Origin: an uncultured Synergistaceae bacterium
Lineage (GTDB): Bacteria > Synergistota > Synergistia > Synergistales > Dethiosulfovibrionaceae
DNA: 64,000 nucleotides
Assembly (NCBI GenBank): GCA_902489135.1
Contig: CABTYW010000001.1
Coordinates: 6,734-70,733, forward strand
Reading direction: 5' to 3'
Shown: piece after piece, positions 9,610 to 18,950 of the stretch
How the letters are laid out: each line of letters opens with the position of its first letter
Numbering within the stretch: position 1 is the first letter of the stretch
Notes under the pieces: generated by a model
Databases searched by the model: none
What the model saw: the letters and a program-made list of their open reading frames with translations, nothing else
Told to the model about the DNA's origin: nothing
Translations under genes and position numbers: made by a program

Positions 9610-10515
9610 GTGATTTTTTTGGAAACGGGAGAGACTTCCAGGAGCCGCTACCTTCCCATGCTTGTGGTGCTGCTCATCTGGGGATTTATGAACGTCCCCA
9701 CCAAATACGCGTTGTCCGAGGCGGCTCCGATCCAAATGCTGCTCATGCGCACCGCCCTTGCCGTTTTGCTTCTGGCCCCCCTTGCCCTGATCTATGAGCG
9801 CCGTCTCTTCCCCGACCGACGGGACCTTCTCGTCGCCGTCCTCATGGGCCTGACGGGCGTCGCCGGCAACAATCTCTGCTTTTTCAACGCCGTCAAAAAC
9901 ACCACGCTGACCAACACGGCCATTATTTTTGCCACTTCACCCATGATCACATCGGTGCTGGCAGCTCTTTTCCTCGACGAAAAGCTGACGCCGCGAAGGA
10001 TGGCGGGGATCGTTCTGGCGCTGTGCGGCACGATTTTGCTGCTGTGCAACGGCAACCTGTCGATACTGCACAGCTTGACGCTCAACAAAGGCGACCTGTA
10101 TGAGCTTGGCGCGGCTTTTCTCTGCTCCGTCATGACCATTCTGGGACGCAAAATCCGTTACAGCTCTTCACTGTCCGTCACGCTGTGCAATATGTTTTCG
10201 GCTTTTACGGTGACGCTGCTGTACTTCCTCTTTTCGGGAGAAGCTCCCGTTCCCCGCCTGTCCGTCGTCGCGACGATCTCGGTGCTGTACTGCGGACTTC
10301 TGGGCTCAGCCTGCGCTTATGCCCTTCAGCAGACGTCCATCAAGCGCATCGGCGCGGGAGCGACGGGAGCCTTCCTCAACGGCTCGCCGGTACTCAGCAT
10401 TATCTCCGCCATGATCTTTATGGGCGAAAGCATCTCATCGCTGCAGGTTGTGAGCGCCGTGGTGATTTTCTTCGGAATTTTTATCAACGCCTCCGAAAAA
10501 AGGCCAATTTCATAA
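9610..10515 (+). CDS. DMT/EamA family transporter
   Basis: Ten hydrophobic segments in two EamA repeats (LIWG..., SP...LAALFLDEK, GDLY). Confidence 0.88.
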   Translation: MIFLETGETSRSRYLPMLVVLLIWGFMNVPTKYALSEAAPIQMLLMRTALAVLLLAPLALIYERRLFPDRRDLLVAVLMGLTGVAGNNLCFFNAVKNTTLTNTAIIFATSPMITSVLAALFLDEKLTPRRMAGIVLALCGTILLLCNGNLSILHSLTLNKGDLYELGAAFLCSVMTILGRKIRYSSSLSVTLCNMFSAFTVTLLYFLFSGEAPVPRLSVVATISVLYCGLLGSACAYALQQTSIKRIGAGATGAFLNGSPVLSIISAMIFMGESISSLQVVSAVVIFFGIFINASEKRPIS

Positions 10516-10520
10516 ACGTC

Positions 10521-10562
10521 GTCGGCGCTGTTTCTTTTGTGAGAAACAGCGCCGACTTTTTT
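10521..10562 (+). terminator. Rho-independent terminator
   Basis: GTCGGCGCTGTTTCT / AGAAACAGCGCCGAC 15-bp stem followed by T run, between convergent genes. Confidence 0.85.
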
Positions 10563-10565
10563 CCG

Positions 10566-12080
10566 TTATGGCTTTGGGTTCCGGTGCTCCCCGAGGGATG
10601 AATATTTTTCCTTCAGGTAGTTCACAAAGGGACGCGCATCTAGGCCGCAGCCCGTCACGCGGCGCATCAAATCGGGCGCCGTCAGGGCACAGCCGGAGCT
10701 GAAGATGTTTTTCTGCATCCAGCCGTCGATGACTGAAATGTCGCCGCAAGCCAGTTTGTCAAAGGCTTCGGGGCAGTCCTTCACCAGCTTTTCGCGCAGC
10801 ATGCCGTCATAAATGTTCCCCAGAGCGTAACTCTGGAAATAGCCGATATAGTCACCGGTCCAGTGCATGTCCTGAAGGACGCCTTCCAGGTCGTCGGCGG
10901 GCGTGACGCCCAGCAGGCTTTTGTATTTTTCGTTCCATGCGGCCGGCATATCGGCGGCGGTAATGCGCCCTCGAAAATAATCGCGTTCCAGCTCGTAGCG
11001 GATGATGACGTGCAGACTGTAGGTCACTTCGTCGGCATCGGTGCGCCGTGCTCCCGGACTGACGGTGTTGATGCCCCTGTAAAAGTCAATAAGGTCAATG
11101 CCTTGAAACTCAGGCAGAGCCCGTTGCAGGTCGTTGTAACGCCATGTCCAGAACTCCAGGCTTCGGCCGATGATGTTCTCGTAAAATCGGGCGACGCCTT
11201 CCTGCATGGCGCCGGAAATGCCGCCCCACAGCCCCGCCTCGGCGTAACTCTCATCGGTTCTGACGGCGTATGCGGCATGTCCGCCCTCGTGAAGCAGCGT
11301 AAAGATCAGCGAGAGGAAGCCGTTCCGTCCCAATGAGATGCGGGCGTCTCTGGGTCCGACGCGGTTGGTCAGCCCATGGGAACCGAAACCGTTGAAGGTG
11401 ACGCATTTTTCGTCAAGGCCGTTGCCGCAGGCTAATTTTACGCCAAGGTCCATGACCGCTTCGGCGCCGTAATCCCTGTTCATGAAAGCGCCGCCGTCCC
11501 GGCAGCCCGGGGGAATTTCGCGCAGCAGATCGCCGATGCCCCGGCGCAGCACCTCAAACTGGTCGTCGATGTCCTGCGAGGCCAGTCCCTGATCCGTAAG
11601 CCCCACCAGCGTGTCGAAGGCGGGAGCGTCAGGCTCAAGAGCCAAAGCCATCTCCTTTTTCAAGTCAAAGGCTTTTTTCAGCCAGGGCTCGAAAATTCCG
11701 TAATCCCGCCGCTCCCGGGCCTTTCTCCAGGCTGTCACGGCATCGGAACGAATGAGATGAAATCGACGGAGCGTCTCGGGCGGAATGCGCGTGGCCTTGC
11801 GGTACTCACTGAGAAAAATTCTGCGCTGCCCCCTTTGAATGTCGCTCAAACCGCCGGGATCGAGGGCTGAAAGCTCGCAGGCGGCGTCTTTTGCCCTCGA
11901 TCCGACGAAAAGTTCGTCTTTCTTTCGGGCCAGAGCGGCCGAAAGTTCCTGTCTGTAGGCCGCTCCGCCTTCGGGCAGAGACGTCCATTGATCGTACCTC
12001 AAAAGACCTTCGAGGGAGGCAAAATACCGAAGGCGACACAAAATCTCCGCCGCCGTTTTAAAACAATCTTCTCTTTTCAC
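10566..12080 (-). CDS. Peptidase M32 family carboxypeptidase (Taq CP-like), divergent
   Basis: HEGGH Zn motif, RTDADEVTYSLHVIIRYELE, GVLQDMHW, GYFQSYALG; start uncertain (GTG 12080 after AAAGGA). Confidence 0.87.
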   Translation of the reverse strand: MKREDCFKTAAEILCRLRYFASLEGLLRYDQWTSLPEGGAAYRQELSAALARKKDELFVGSRAKDAACELSALDPGGLSDIQRGQRRIFLSEYRKATRIPPETLRRFHLIRSDAVTAWRKARERRDYGIFEPWLKKAFDLKKEMALALEPDAPAFDTLVGLTDQGLASQDIDDQFEVLRRGIGDLLREIPPGCRDGGAFMNRDYGAEAVMDLGVKLACGNGLDEKCVTFNGFGSHGLTNRVGPRDARISLGRNGFLSLIFTLLHEGGHAAYAVRTDESYAEAGLWGGISGAMQEGVARFYENIIGRSLEFWTWRYNDLQRALPEFQGIDLIDFYRGINTVSPGARRTDADEVTYSLHVIIRYELERDYFRGRITAADMPAAWNEKYKSLLGVTPADDLEGVLQDMHWTGDYIGYFQSYALGNIYDGMLREKLVKDCPEAFDKLACGDISVIDGWMQKNIFSSGCALTAPDLMRRVTGCGLDARPFVNYLKEKYSSLGEHRNPKP

Positions 12081-12477
12081 CGAAGTTTTCAATCCTTTCC
12101 GGGCGTCTTTCGTTCGTTCCTTTTCGGCGCATCGCCGAAAAGGAACGAAGTCCCCTGCCGCGCAAACTGCGCGCTGTACTTCGATTATACATTGAAAAAG
12201 GCTCCCTTTTGGGCTTGTGAAACAAGTTTTCGCGCAAAACATCCGCCGAGAAAAAATTTTGACGCCGGGGATTTATGCTGAAAAAGCAGATTTCTGCTAC
12301 AATAGGAATAATTCTTCATTGGGGTTTTTCTCTTCTTTTTTCGAAAAAAATCGCGCCTCCTTCGCCGAGGCCGCGCGAAAAAGAGAAAAATGTTTACAGT
12401 CCCGCATAAAATAAAATCCCGCGCCCTGCGCGCCGCCGGGGCAGCGGGAAAATCTTTCCATTCAGGGAGGTTTGCCC

Positions 12478-13983
12478 ATGGCAACATACGTCAATGAACC
12501 GGCACACACTTTTAACGAGTACCTTCTCATTCCCGGATACTCGTCGGCGGACTGCCGCCCCGAAAACGTGTCGCTGAAAACGCCTCTGGTCAAATTCAAA
12601 AAGGGGGAAAAATCCGCCATCGAGATGTCAATCCCCATGGTTTCCGCCATTATGCAGTCCGTCTCCAACGACACCATGGCCATCGCGCTGGCCAAGGCCG
12701 GCGGCGTATCCTTCATTTACGGCTCCCAGTCCATTGAAAGCGAAGCGGCCATGGTGGCCCGCGTCAAAGCCTACAAGGCGGGCTTCGTTCCCAGCGATTC
12801 CAATATCCGCCCCGACGCCACTCTTGCCGACATTTTGGACCTGAAAAGGCGCACGGGACATTCCACGGTGGCCGTCACCGAAGACGGCACGGCCAACGGC
12901 AAGCTTCTGGGCATCGTTTCAAGCCGCGATTACCGCGTCAGCCGCATGAGCCCCGACGATCAGGTGTCATCCTTCATGACTCCCCTGGAAAAGCTGGTCA
13001 CGGCGCCGGAGGGCACCACGCTCAGCGAGGCCAACGACATCATCTGGGACAACAAAATCAACTCGCTCCCCATTGTCACTCAAGACGGCCGCCTTTCGGC
13101 CTTCGTATTCCGCAAGGACTACGCCGAGCACAAGGAAAATCCCGACGAGCTTCTGGACGATCACAAGCGCTATGTGGTCGGAGCGGGCATTAACACGCGC
13201 GACTACAAAGAACGCGTTCCCGCGTTGGTGGCCGCCGGAGCCGACGCACTGTGCATCGACTCATCGGAAGGGTTTACGGAATGGCAGAAAATGACGCTTT
13301 CGTGGATCCGTGAAACCTACGGCGACACCGTGAAAGTGGGCGCCGGCAATGTGGTGGATCGTGAAGGATTTCTGTTTCTCGCCGAGTGCGGCGCCGATTT
13401 CGTGAAAGTGGGCATCGGCGGCGGTTCCATCTGCATTACCCGCGAGACCAAGGGCATCGGACGCGGACAAGCCACGGCCGTCATCGACGTTTGCAAGGCC
13501 CGCGACGAGTATTATGAAAAAACGGGCGTCTACATTCCCATCTGCTCCGACGGCGGCATCGTTTACGACCACCATATCACCCTCGCTCTGGCCATGGGCG
13601 CCGATTTCGTCATGCTGGGTCGCTATTTCGCGCGCTTTGACGAAAGCCCCACGGAGAAGCTCTCCGTAGGCGGCGTGTCCGTCAAGGAGTATTGGGGCGA
13701 GGGCAGCAACCGAGCCCGCAACTGGCAGCGTTACGATCTGGGAGGCTCGCAGAAGCTTTCCTTCGAGGAAGGCGTTGACAGTTATGTGCCCTACGCGGGG
13801 CCCCTGAAGGAGAACGTGGAAAAAACCTGCATGAAAATCAAATCCACCATGTGCAACTGCGGCGCGCTCACCATCGGAGAGCTTCAGCGGAAATCCAAGC
13901 TCACCCTGGTGTCCGCCACGAGCATCGTGGAAGGCGGAGCTCACGACGTGATCCGCAAGGACAAAAATCCCGACACTCATTAG
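12478..13983 (+). CDS. guaB: IMP dehydrogenase
   Basis: SAIMQSVS, tandem CBS domains, [13 protein letters not shown] catalytic Cys loop, SDGG, YWGEGS; GGGAGG RBS. Confidence 0.95.
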   Translation: MATYVNEPAHTFNEYLLIPGYSSADCRPENVSLKTPLVKFKKGEKSAIEMSIPMVSAIMQSVSNDTMAIALAKAGGVSFIYGSQSIESEAAMVARVKAYKAGFVPSDSNIRPDATLADILDLKRRTGHSTVAVTEDGTANGKLLGIVSSRDYRVSRMSPDDQVSSFMTPLEKLVTAPEGTTLSEANDIIWDNKINSLPIVTQDGRLSAFVFRKDYAEHKENPDELLDDHKRYVVGAGINTRDYKERVPALVAAGADALCIDSSEGFTEWQKMTLSWIRETYGDTVKVGAGNVVDREGFLFLAECGADFVKVGIGGGSICITRETKGIGRGQATAVIDVCKARDEYYEKTGVYIPICSDGGIVYDHHITLALAMGADFVMLGRYFARFDESPTEKLSVGGVSVKEYWGEGSNRARNWQRYDLGGSQKLSFEEGVDSYVPYAGPLKENVEKTCMKIKSTMCNCGALTIGELQRKSKLTLVSATSIVEGGAHDVIRKDKNPDTH

Positions 13984-14150
13984 GCTTTGCCCGCTCCGCC
14001 CCGTCGCATGCCACAAGCCGCTCTCGTCGCAGAGCGGCTTGTTCTCTCAAAAAGCGCCGTCCCGCCTTGCGGACCGAGCGCCGCGTGGCGCGCATCCGGC
14101 GTCGATTTCCTGCAAAAAATGAAAAAATCAACGGTCTTCGGAGGCCATCT

Positions 14151-16670
14151 ATGACAACACTTCAGCAACTGAAGCCGGGAGAATCGGCCGTGGTCACGAC
14201 TGTGGGAGGAGAGGGCGCGCTGCGTCAACATTTTCTCGACATGGGCGTCATTCCCGGAGCCGCTCTGACCGTTACGAAATTCGCCCCCATGGGCGATCCC
14301 ATGGAACTGCTCATTCACGGCTATGAGCTGACGTTGCGCCTGGCCGATGCCGACAAGATCGGAGTGCGCCCCCTCACGGCGTCGGAGAAAACGTCGGCGG
14401 ATTTTCAAAAGAATTCAGGTCGCCCCGAAGCCGTACAGCATCCCGGCCTCGGGGAAGGCGGGCGATTTCACGATCGCGCCACTGAAATGCCGCTGCCGGA
14501 AGGCACGACGCTGACCTTCGCTCTGGTGGGCAACCAGAACTGCGGCAAGACCACGCTGTTCAATCAGCTTACGGGCTCCAATCAGCACGTGGGAAATTTT
14601 CCCGGCGTCACCGTAGACCGTAAGGACGGCATCATCAAGGGACACCCTCACACGCTGGTGACCGACCTGCCGGGAATTTATTCTCTTTCGCCCTACAGCA
14701 GCGAAGAGCAAGTGTCGCGTGCCTTTATCCTCGAAAACAAGCCCCACGGCATTATCAACATCGTGGATGCCACCAACATCGAGCGCAACCTCTATCTGAC
14801 CATGCAGCTTCTGGAACTGGACATGCCCATGGTGTTGGTGCTGAACATGATGGACGAGGTGCGCGCCAACGGCGGTTCCATTTTGATCAACAAAATGGAA
14901 CGGGCTCTGTCGGTGCCCGTCATTCCCATTTCAGCGGCTCGGGGCGAGGGCATCGACGAAATGATCGACCATGCCGTTCACGTGGCCAGGTATCAGGAAC
15001 GCCCGGCGCGCCAGGATTTCTGCGACCGCAACGAAGACGGGGGCGCGGTGCATCGCTGTCTTCACGGCATTATGCATCTCATCGAGGATCACGCCGCCGC
15101 CGCGGGACTTCCTCTTCGCTTTGCCGCCGGAAAGCTCGTCGAGGGCGACTTTCGCATTTTAGAAGCGCTCAATCTCACCGACAATGAGAAAGAGGCCATT
15201 GAACATATCATCGTTCAGATGGAAGCGGAACGCGGCCTCGACCGCTCAGCCGCCATGGCGGACATGCGTTTCGACTTTATCGGCCGGCTCTGCTCCACCA
15301 CGGTGATCAAACCTCAGAAAAACAAGGGCTATGAGCGCAGCCGCAAAATCGACAGACTGCTGACGGGCACGTACACCGCCCTTCCCGTCTTTGCGGCCAT
15401 CATGTCGCTGGTGTTCTGGCTGACCTTCAGTGTCATCGGCCCCGCGCTCCAGGATCTTCTGTCCCGACTGATCGACACGCTGTCCTCCGCCGCCGACGCA
15501 ATGATGGCCGCATCGGGCGTCAACGCGCTCGTACGGTCTCTGACGGTCGACGGAATTTTCAGCGGCGTCGGCAGCGTGATCAGCTTTCTGCCCGTCATTG
15601 TGGTGCTGTTCTTTTTCCTGTCCATGCTGGAAGACAGCGGCTACATGGCGCGCGTTGCCTTCGTAATGGATCACCTGCTGAGAAAAATCGGTCTTTCAGG
15701 ACGCAGCATCGTGCCCATGCTCATCGGCTTCGGCTGCACCGTCCCGGCCGTCATGGCCGGTCGCACGCTGCCGTCGGAACGCGATCGCCGCATGACCGTC
15801 ATGCTGACGCCCTTCATGAGCTGTTCGGCCAAGCTGCCCATCTACGTATTCTTCGCGGCGGCTTTCTTCCCGAAAATGGCCGGAGGCATCACGGTGGCTC
15901 TGTACCTTCTGGGAATTCTCACCGGCGTCGCCGCGGCGCTGATCTCAAAAAACACGGTTTTCAAAGGAGAGCCCGTGCCCTTCGTCATGGAACTGCCCAA
16001 CTACCGCCTGCCCGGCGTGGAAAACACGCTGCGCCTCATGTGGCAAAAGGCCCGGGATTTCATCGAGCGCGCCTTTACGGTGATCTTTATGGGCACCATC
16101 GTCATCTGGTTCCTTCAGACCTTCGACTTTCGTCTCAACGTCGTGACCGACTCGAGATACAGTATGCTCGCCGCCGTCGCGGGAGCCATTGCGCCGATTT
16201 TTGCTCCTCTGGGCTTCGGCGACTGGAGAATTTCCACGGCGCTCATGACGGGAGTGCTGGCGAAAGAGAGCGTGGTTTCCACGCTTTCGGTGGTGCTGGG
16301 CGGTGCCGAAAAGCTCGGCGAAGTGATGACGCCTCTCGGGGCCGCCTCGTTTTTAGTGTTCTGTCTTCTCTATACGCCCTGCGTTGCCGCCGTCGCGGCC
16401 ATTCGACGCGAACTGGGCACCCGCTGGGCGCTGGGGGTGACGCTGTGGCAGTTCGCCGTCGCCTGGCTGGCCGCCGGGGCGGTGAAACTGACGGGAAATC
16501 TTCTCCGAGGGATTGAGATGAACGGCTCCACGGCGCTGGTGCTTTTTCTGGTGGCGGCGGCCGTCGCGGCCGCCCTCTTGCGGCTGCGGCGCAAAAAAGG
16601 ATGCCCCTGCGGCAGCTGCTCGCGCTGCTTGTTAAAGGGCAGCTGTTCGCGTCCTCTCAAAAAGAACTAA
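14151..16670 (+). CDS. feoB: Ferrous iron transporter, FeoA-FeoB fusion with C-terminal Cys-rich membrane peptide
   Basis: N-terminal FeoA (LDMGVIPG, APMGDP), G-domain GNQNCGKT/VGNFPGVT/DLPG/NMMD, gate domains GFGCTVP, PFMSCSAK, YTPCVA; GGAGG RBS before ATG 14151. Confidence 0.95.
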   Translation: MTTLQQLKPGESAVVTTVGGEGALRQHFLDMGVIPGAALTVTKFAPMGDPMELLIHGYELTLRLADADKIGVRPLTASEKTSADFQKNSGRPEAVQHPGLGEGGRFHDRATEMPLPEGTTLTFALVGNQNCGKTTLFNQLTGSNQHVGNFPGVTVDRKDGIIKGHPHTLVTDLPGIYSLSPYSSEEQVSRAFILENKPHGIINIVDATNIERNLYLTMQLLELDMPMVLVLNMMDEVRANGGSILINKMERALSVPVIPISAARGEGIDEMIDHAVHVARYQERPARQDFCDRNEDGGAVHRCLHGIMHLIEDHAAAAGLPLRFAAGKLVEGDFRILEALNLTDNEKEAIEHIIVQMEAERGLDRSAAMADMRFDFIGRLCSTTVIKPQKNKGYERSRKIDRLLTGTYTALPVFAAIMSLVFWLTFSVIGPALQDLLSRLIDTLSSAADAMMAASGVNALVRSLTVDGIFSGVGSVISFLPVIVVLFFFLSMLEDSGYMARVAFVMDHLLRKIGLSGRSIVPMLIGFGCTVPAVMAGRTLPSERDRRMTVMLTPFMSCSAKLPIYVFFAAAFFPKMAGGITVALYLLGILTGVAAALISKNTVFKGEPVPFVMELPNYRLPGVENTLRLMWQKARDFIERAFTVIFMGTIVIWFLQTFDFRLNVVTDSRYSMLAAVAGAIAPIFAPLGFGDWRISTALMTGVLAKESVVSTLSVVLGGAEKLGEVMTPLGAASFLVFCLLYTPCVAAVAAIRRELGTRWALGVTLWQFAVAWLAAGAVKLTGNLLRGIEMNGSTALVLFLVAAAVAAALLRLRRKKGCPCGSCSRCLLKGSCSRPLKKN

Positions 16671-16735
16671 TCCGCTCCGGGGGCGATGGGAACCGCCCAT
16701 GAAAGGGTTTCGCCCCTCGAAAAAAGACGGAGCGT

Positions 16736-16899
16736 CCGTCGGATGAAAAGCTTTCCGAAAGCTTTTCATCCGACGGGACGTACAAAAAAAGAGGCGGATC
16801 CCCTTCACAAGAGCACGGGGGCGGCTTGAAAAAGCCGCCCCCGTGCTCTTATAAAAAGCCCGACGGTCGAAACGAGGCTTTATGGAAAGCCTCGTTTCG
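16736..16899. repeat. Array of three perfect hairpins between convergent feoB and YitT genes (includes probable bidirectional terminator)
   Basis: Stems 16736-16776 (19 bp), 16809-16850 (19 bp), 16868-16899 (14 bp). Confidence 0.85.
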
Positions 16900-16918
16900 G
16901 CTTTTTTCCTGCGCAAAC

Positions 16919-17833
16919 TTACGGAGTCGCGCGGCGGCCCCCACGGTCTTCTTCGCTCAGTCGCCGCCGCGTCAGCGTGTAGCCCTGGCCGTTGACTCCG
17001 GTAACGCCGGAGGTGACGATGAAGGCGCCGGGATCCAAAGACAGCACCCTGCCCTTGATAAAGGGGTATTTTTTGGCGTGCACCACCGTCAGCACGGCCC
17101 GTCGCTCAAGCCCCCGAAAGGCCGTGTCGATGTGAAACAGCGTGGCGCCCACGTCGGCGTCATGAAGGAGCATCTCGCAGATTTCATGAAAGCGCTCGGA
17201 GATGATCATGACCTGTACCTTGCCGTCACCCCAGATCACCGTGCGGTTCAGCGTGATGCCCACCGCCGCGGAGATAAGAAGGCTGTACAGCAGTTCCTGC
17301 GGGCCGTTCAGAAAGACCTGCGCTCCGATGATGGCCACGTCGAAAAAGAACATGGAGTTGCCCACGGGAATTCCGCGGTACTTCTGGAGGATGCAGGGCG
17401 GAATGTCCATGCCGCCGCTGGAAGCTCCCGCGCGAATGATGAGGCCGACGCCCGCCCCCTGAAGCACACCGGTGAACAGGGCGGCCATGAGACGGTCATG
17501 GAGAAACAGACCCTCCAACGGCATCGTCTCCAAAATCCCCAGCAACAGAGGATAGAACAGCGTGGAAAAAAGCGACGCCGCGGCAAATTCTCCGCCGAGA
17601 AAGAAAAGTCCCAGAAAAAACAGAAGACCGTTGACGGTGCCGTTGATCACCGACAGACGCAGAGGCAAAAAGTGCTGAATAAACAGAGATATGCCCGCCG
17701 AACCGCCAAGCATGAATTTTTCGGGCACCACGAAGGCACAGATGGAAAAGGCGATCATCCCGTTGCCCAGCACAAGGTACATCAACATTCTGCCGTATCT
17801 TCCCGCGTCACTTCCGTTGAGCTGCAGCTTCAC
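16919..17833 (-). CDS. YitT family membrane protein (DUF2179 C-terminus)
   Basis: GGSAGIS, GASSGGMDIP, C-terminal IISE...GATL...DPGAFIVTS...VNGQGY; GAGGAGG RBS before GTG 17833. Confidence 0.88.
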   Translation of the reverse strand: MKLQLNGSDAGRYGRMLMYLVLGNGMIAFSICAFVVPEKFMLGGSAGISLFIQHFLPLRLSVINGTVNGLLFFLGLFFLGGEFAAASLFSTLFYPLLLGILETMPLEGLFLHDRLMAALFTGVLQGAGVGLIIRAGASSGGMDIPPCILQKYRGIPVGNSMFFFDVAIIGAQVFLNGPQELLYSLLISAAVGITLNRTVIWGDGKVQVMIISERFHEICEMLLHDADVGATLFHIDTAFRGLERRAVLTVVHAKKYPFIKGRVLSLDPGAFIVTSGVTGVNGQGYTLTRRRLSEEDRGGRRATP

Positions 17834-17988
17834 ACCAAGGCCTCCTCGACGCCGCCACGACGTCACAAAACAACGCTGTCGCGCTTTTCGCCCGCCGCCT
17901 CAACGGCGGTCGGCGGACGATAAAAGAACTCGCCCGCGGTTTTTTCGGCAACGTTTTTTGCGGACTGCGGGGCTTTCAGGGCCTCCGC

Positions 17989-18798
17989 TTATCCGAAAAG
18001 AACATCCAAAACCATCATGACCGAAAAGCCCAGCATATAGGACAGCACGCCCACATGGGAATGTTCGCCCGACGACATCTCGGGAATAAGCTCTTCCACT
18101 ACCACATAAACCATGGCTCCCGCCGCGAAAGCCGGAAAATAGGGCAGCAGAGGAACCACGGCGCCGGCCGCCCAAAAGGTCAGAAGAGCGCCCAGAGGCT
18201 CAACCGCGCCGGAAAGAATGCCCGCCGCAAAGGCTTGATGGGAAGAAACGCCCCGGGATCGCAGAGGCATGGAAACAATGGCGCCTTCGAGAAGATTCTG
18301 CACGGCGGTCCCCACCGACAGAGCCGGCGCCGCGCCGGAAGACCGTCCCGACGATGCGAAAGCGGCGTACACGGTGCCCACGGCCATGCCCTCGGGAACG
18401 TTGTGCAGCGTCACCGCCGGCGCCAGCATGGTTGTGCGGGCCAGCTCTCTTCGGCCGCCCTCGGGCTTTTCGCTGAACATGTGAAGGTGAGGAACCGCAT
18501 GATCCAACGCCAGGAGAAAGAAAACTCCCAGCCAAAAAACGACCGCGGCGGGCACAAAGGCCCGGTGCCCCCACGCGGCGCTCCGCTCCATGGAAGAAAT
18601 GAGCAGACTCCACACCGACGCGGCCGTCATCACGCCTGCGGCAAATCCCTCCATCCCGCGGGAAAGACTTCGATTCAGTCCGTTTTTCATAAAATAGGCC
18701 GAGGCCGACCCCACCGCCGTCCCCGCAAAGGGAATTAAAAATTCCACCGGCGTTTCAGCGCTCACGAAGTTCACCCCTATCAATGACGTCGTTTTCAA
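17989..18798 (-). CDS. ZIP family (ZupT/GufA-like) divalent metal transporter, possibly degenerate
   Basis: GFAAGVMTAASVWSLL, HLH loop, LHNVPEGMAVG, AFAAGAMVYVVVEELIPE; start uncertain. Confidence 0.85.
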   Translation of the reverse strand: MKTTSLIGVNFVSAETPVEFLIPFAGTAVGSASAYFMKNGLNRSLSRGMEGFAAGVMTAASVWSLLISSMERSAAWGHRAFVPAAVVFWLGVFFLLALDHAVPHLHMFSEKPEGGRRELARTTMLAPAVTLHNVPEGMAVGTVYAAFASSGRSSGAAPALSVGTAVQNLLEGAIVSMPLRSRGVSSHQAFAAGILSGAVEPLGALLTFWAAGAVVPLLPYFPAFAAGAMVYVVVEELIPEMSSGEHSHVGVLSYMLGFSVMMVLDVLFG

Positions 18799-18950
18799 AG
18801 GGCGTCACATTTTTTTCCTTGGTCGAAAAAACCATCATCGCTCCTCGGTCGTTCAGACTCCGCCGCCGCGGCACCGGGCGCGCCTTTTCTGCAAGGACGC
18901 CCACGCCGTGAGGGTTTTCCCTGCAAAACCGCGAAAAGAAGAAAGCGCCG

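Noticed and set aside
12250..12477. Possible purine riboswitch before guaB
   Set aside because: No ATATGG...GTTTCTAC core found; only AT-rich promoter-like sequence and a GC hairpin.
13851..14150. 100-aa N-terminal extension of FeoB in the ORF track (similar extensions at 5491, 35765, 37477, 43739, 61121)
   Set aside because: They overlap neighbouring genes, look non-coding, and better starts (mostly with clear RBSs) exist downstream.
16736..16899. CRISPR array or IS ends
   Set aside because: The hairpins are not identical repeats with unique spacers, and no cas or transposase genes were seen anywhere in the window.
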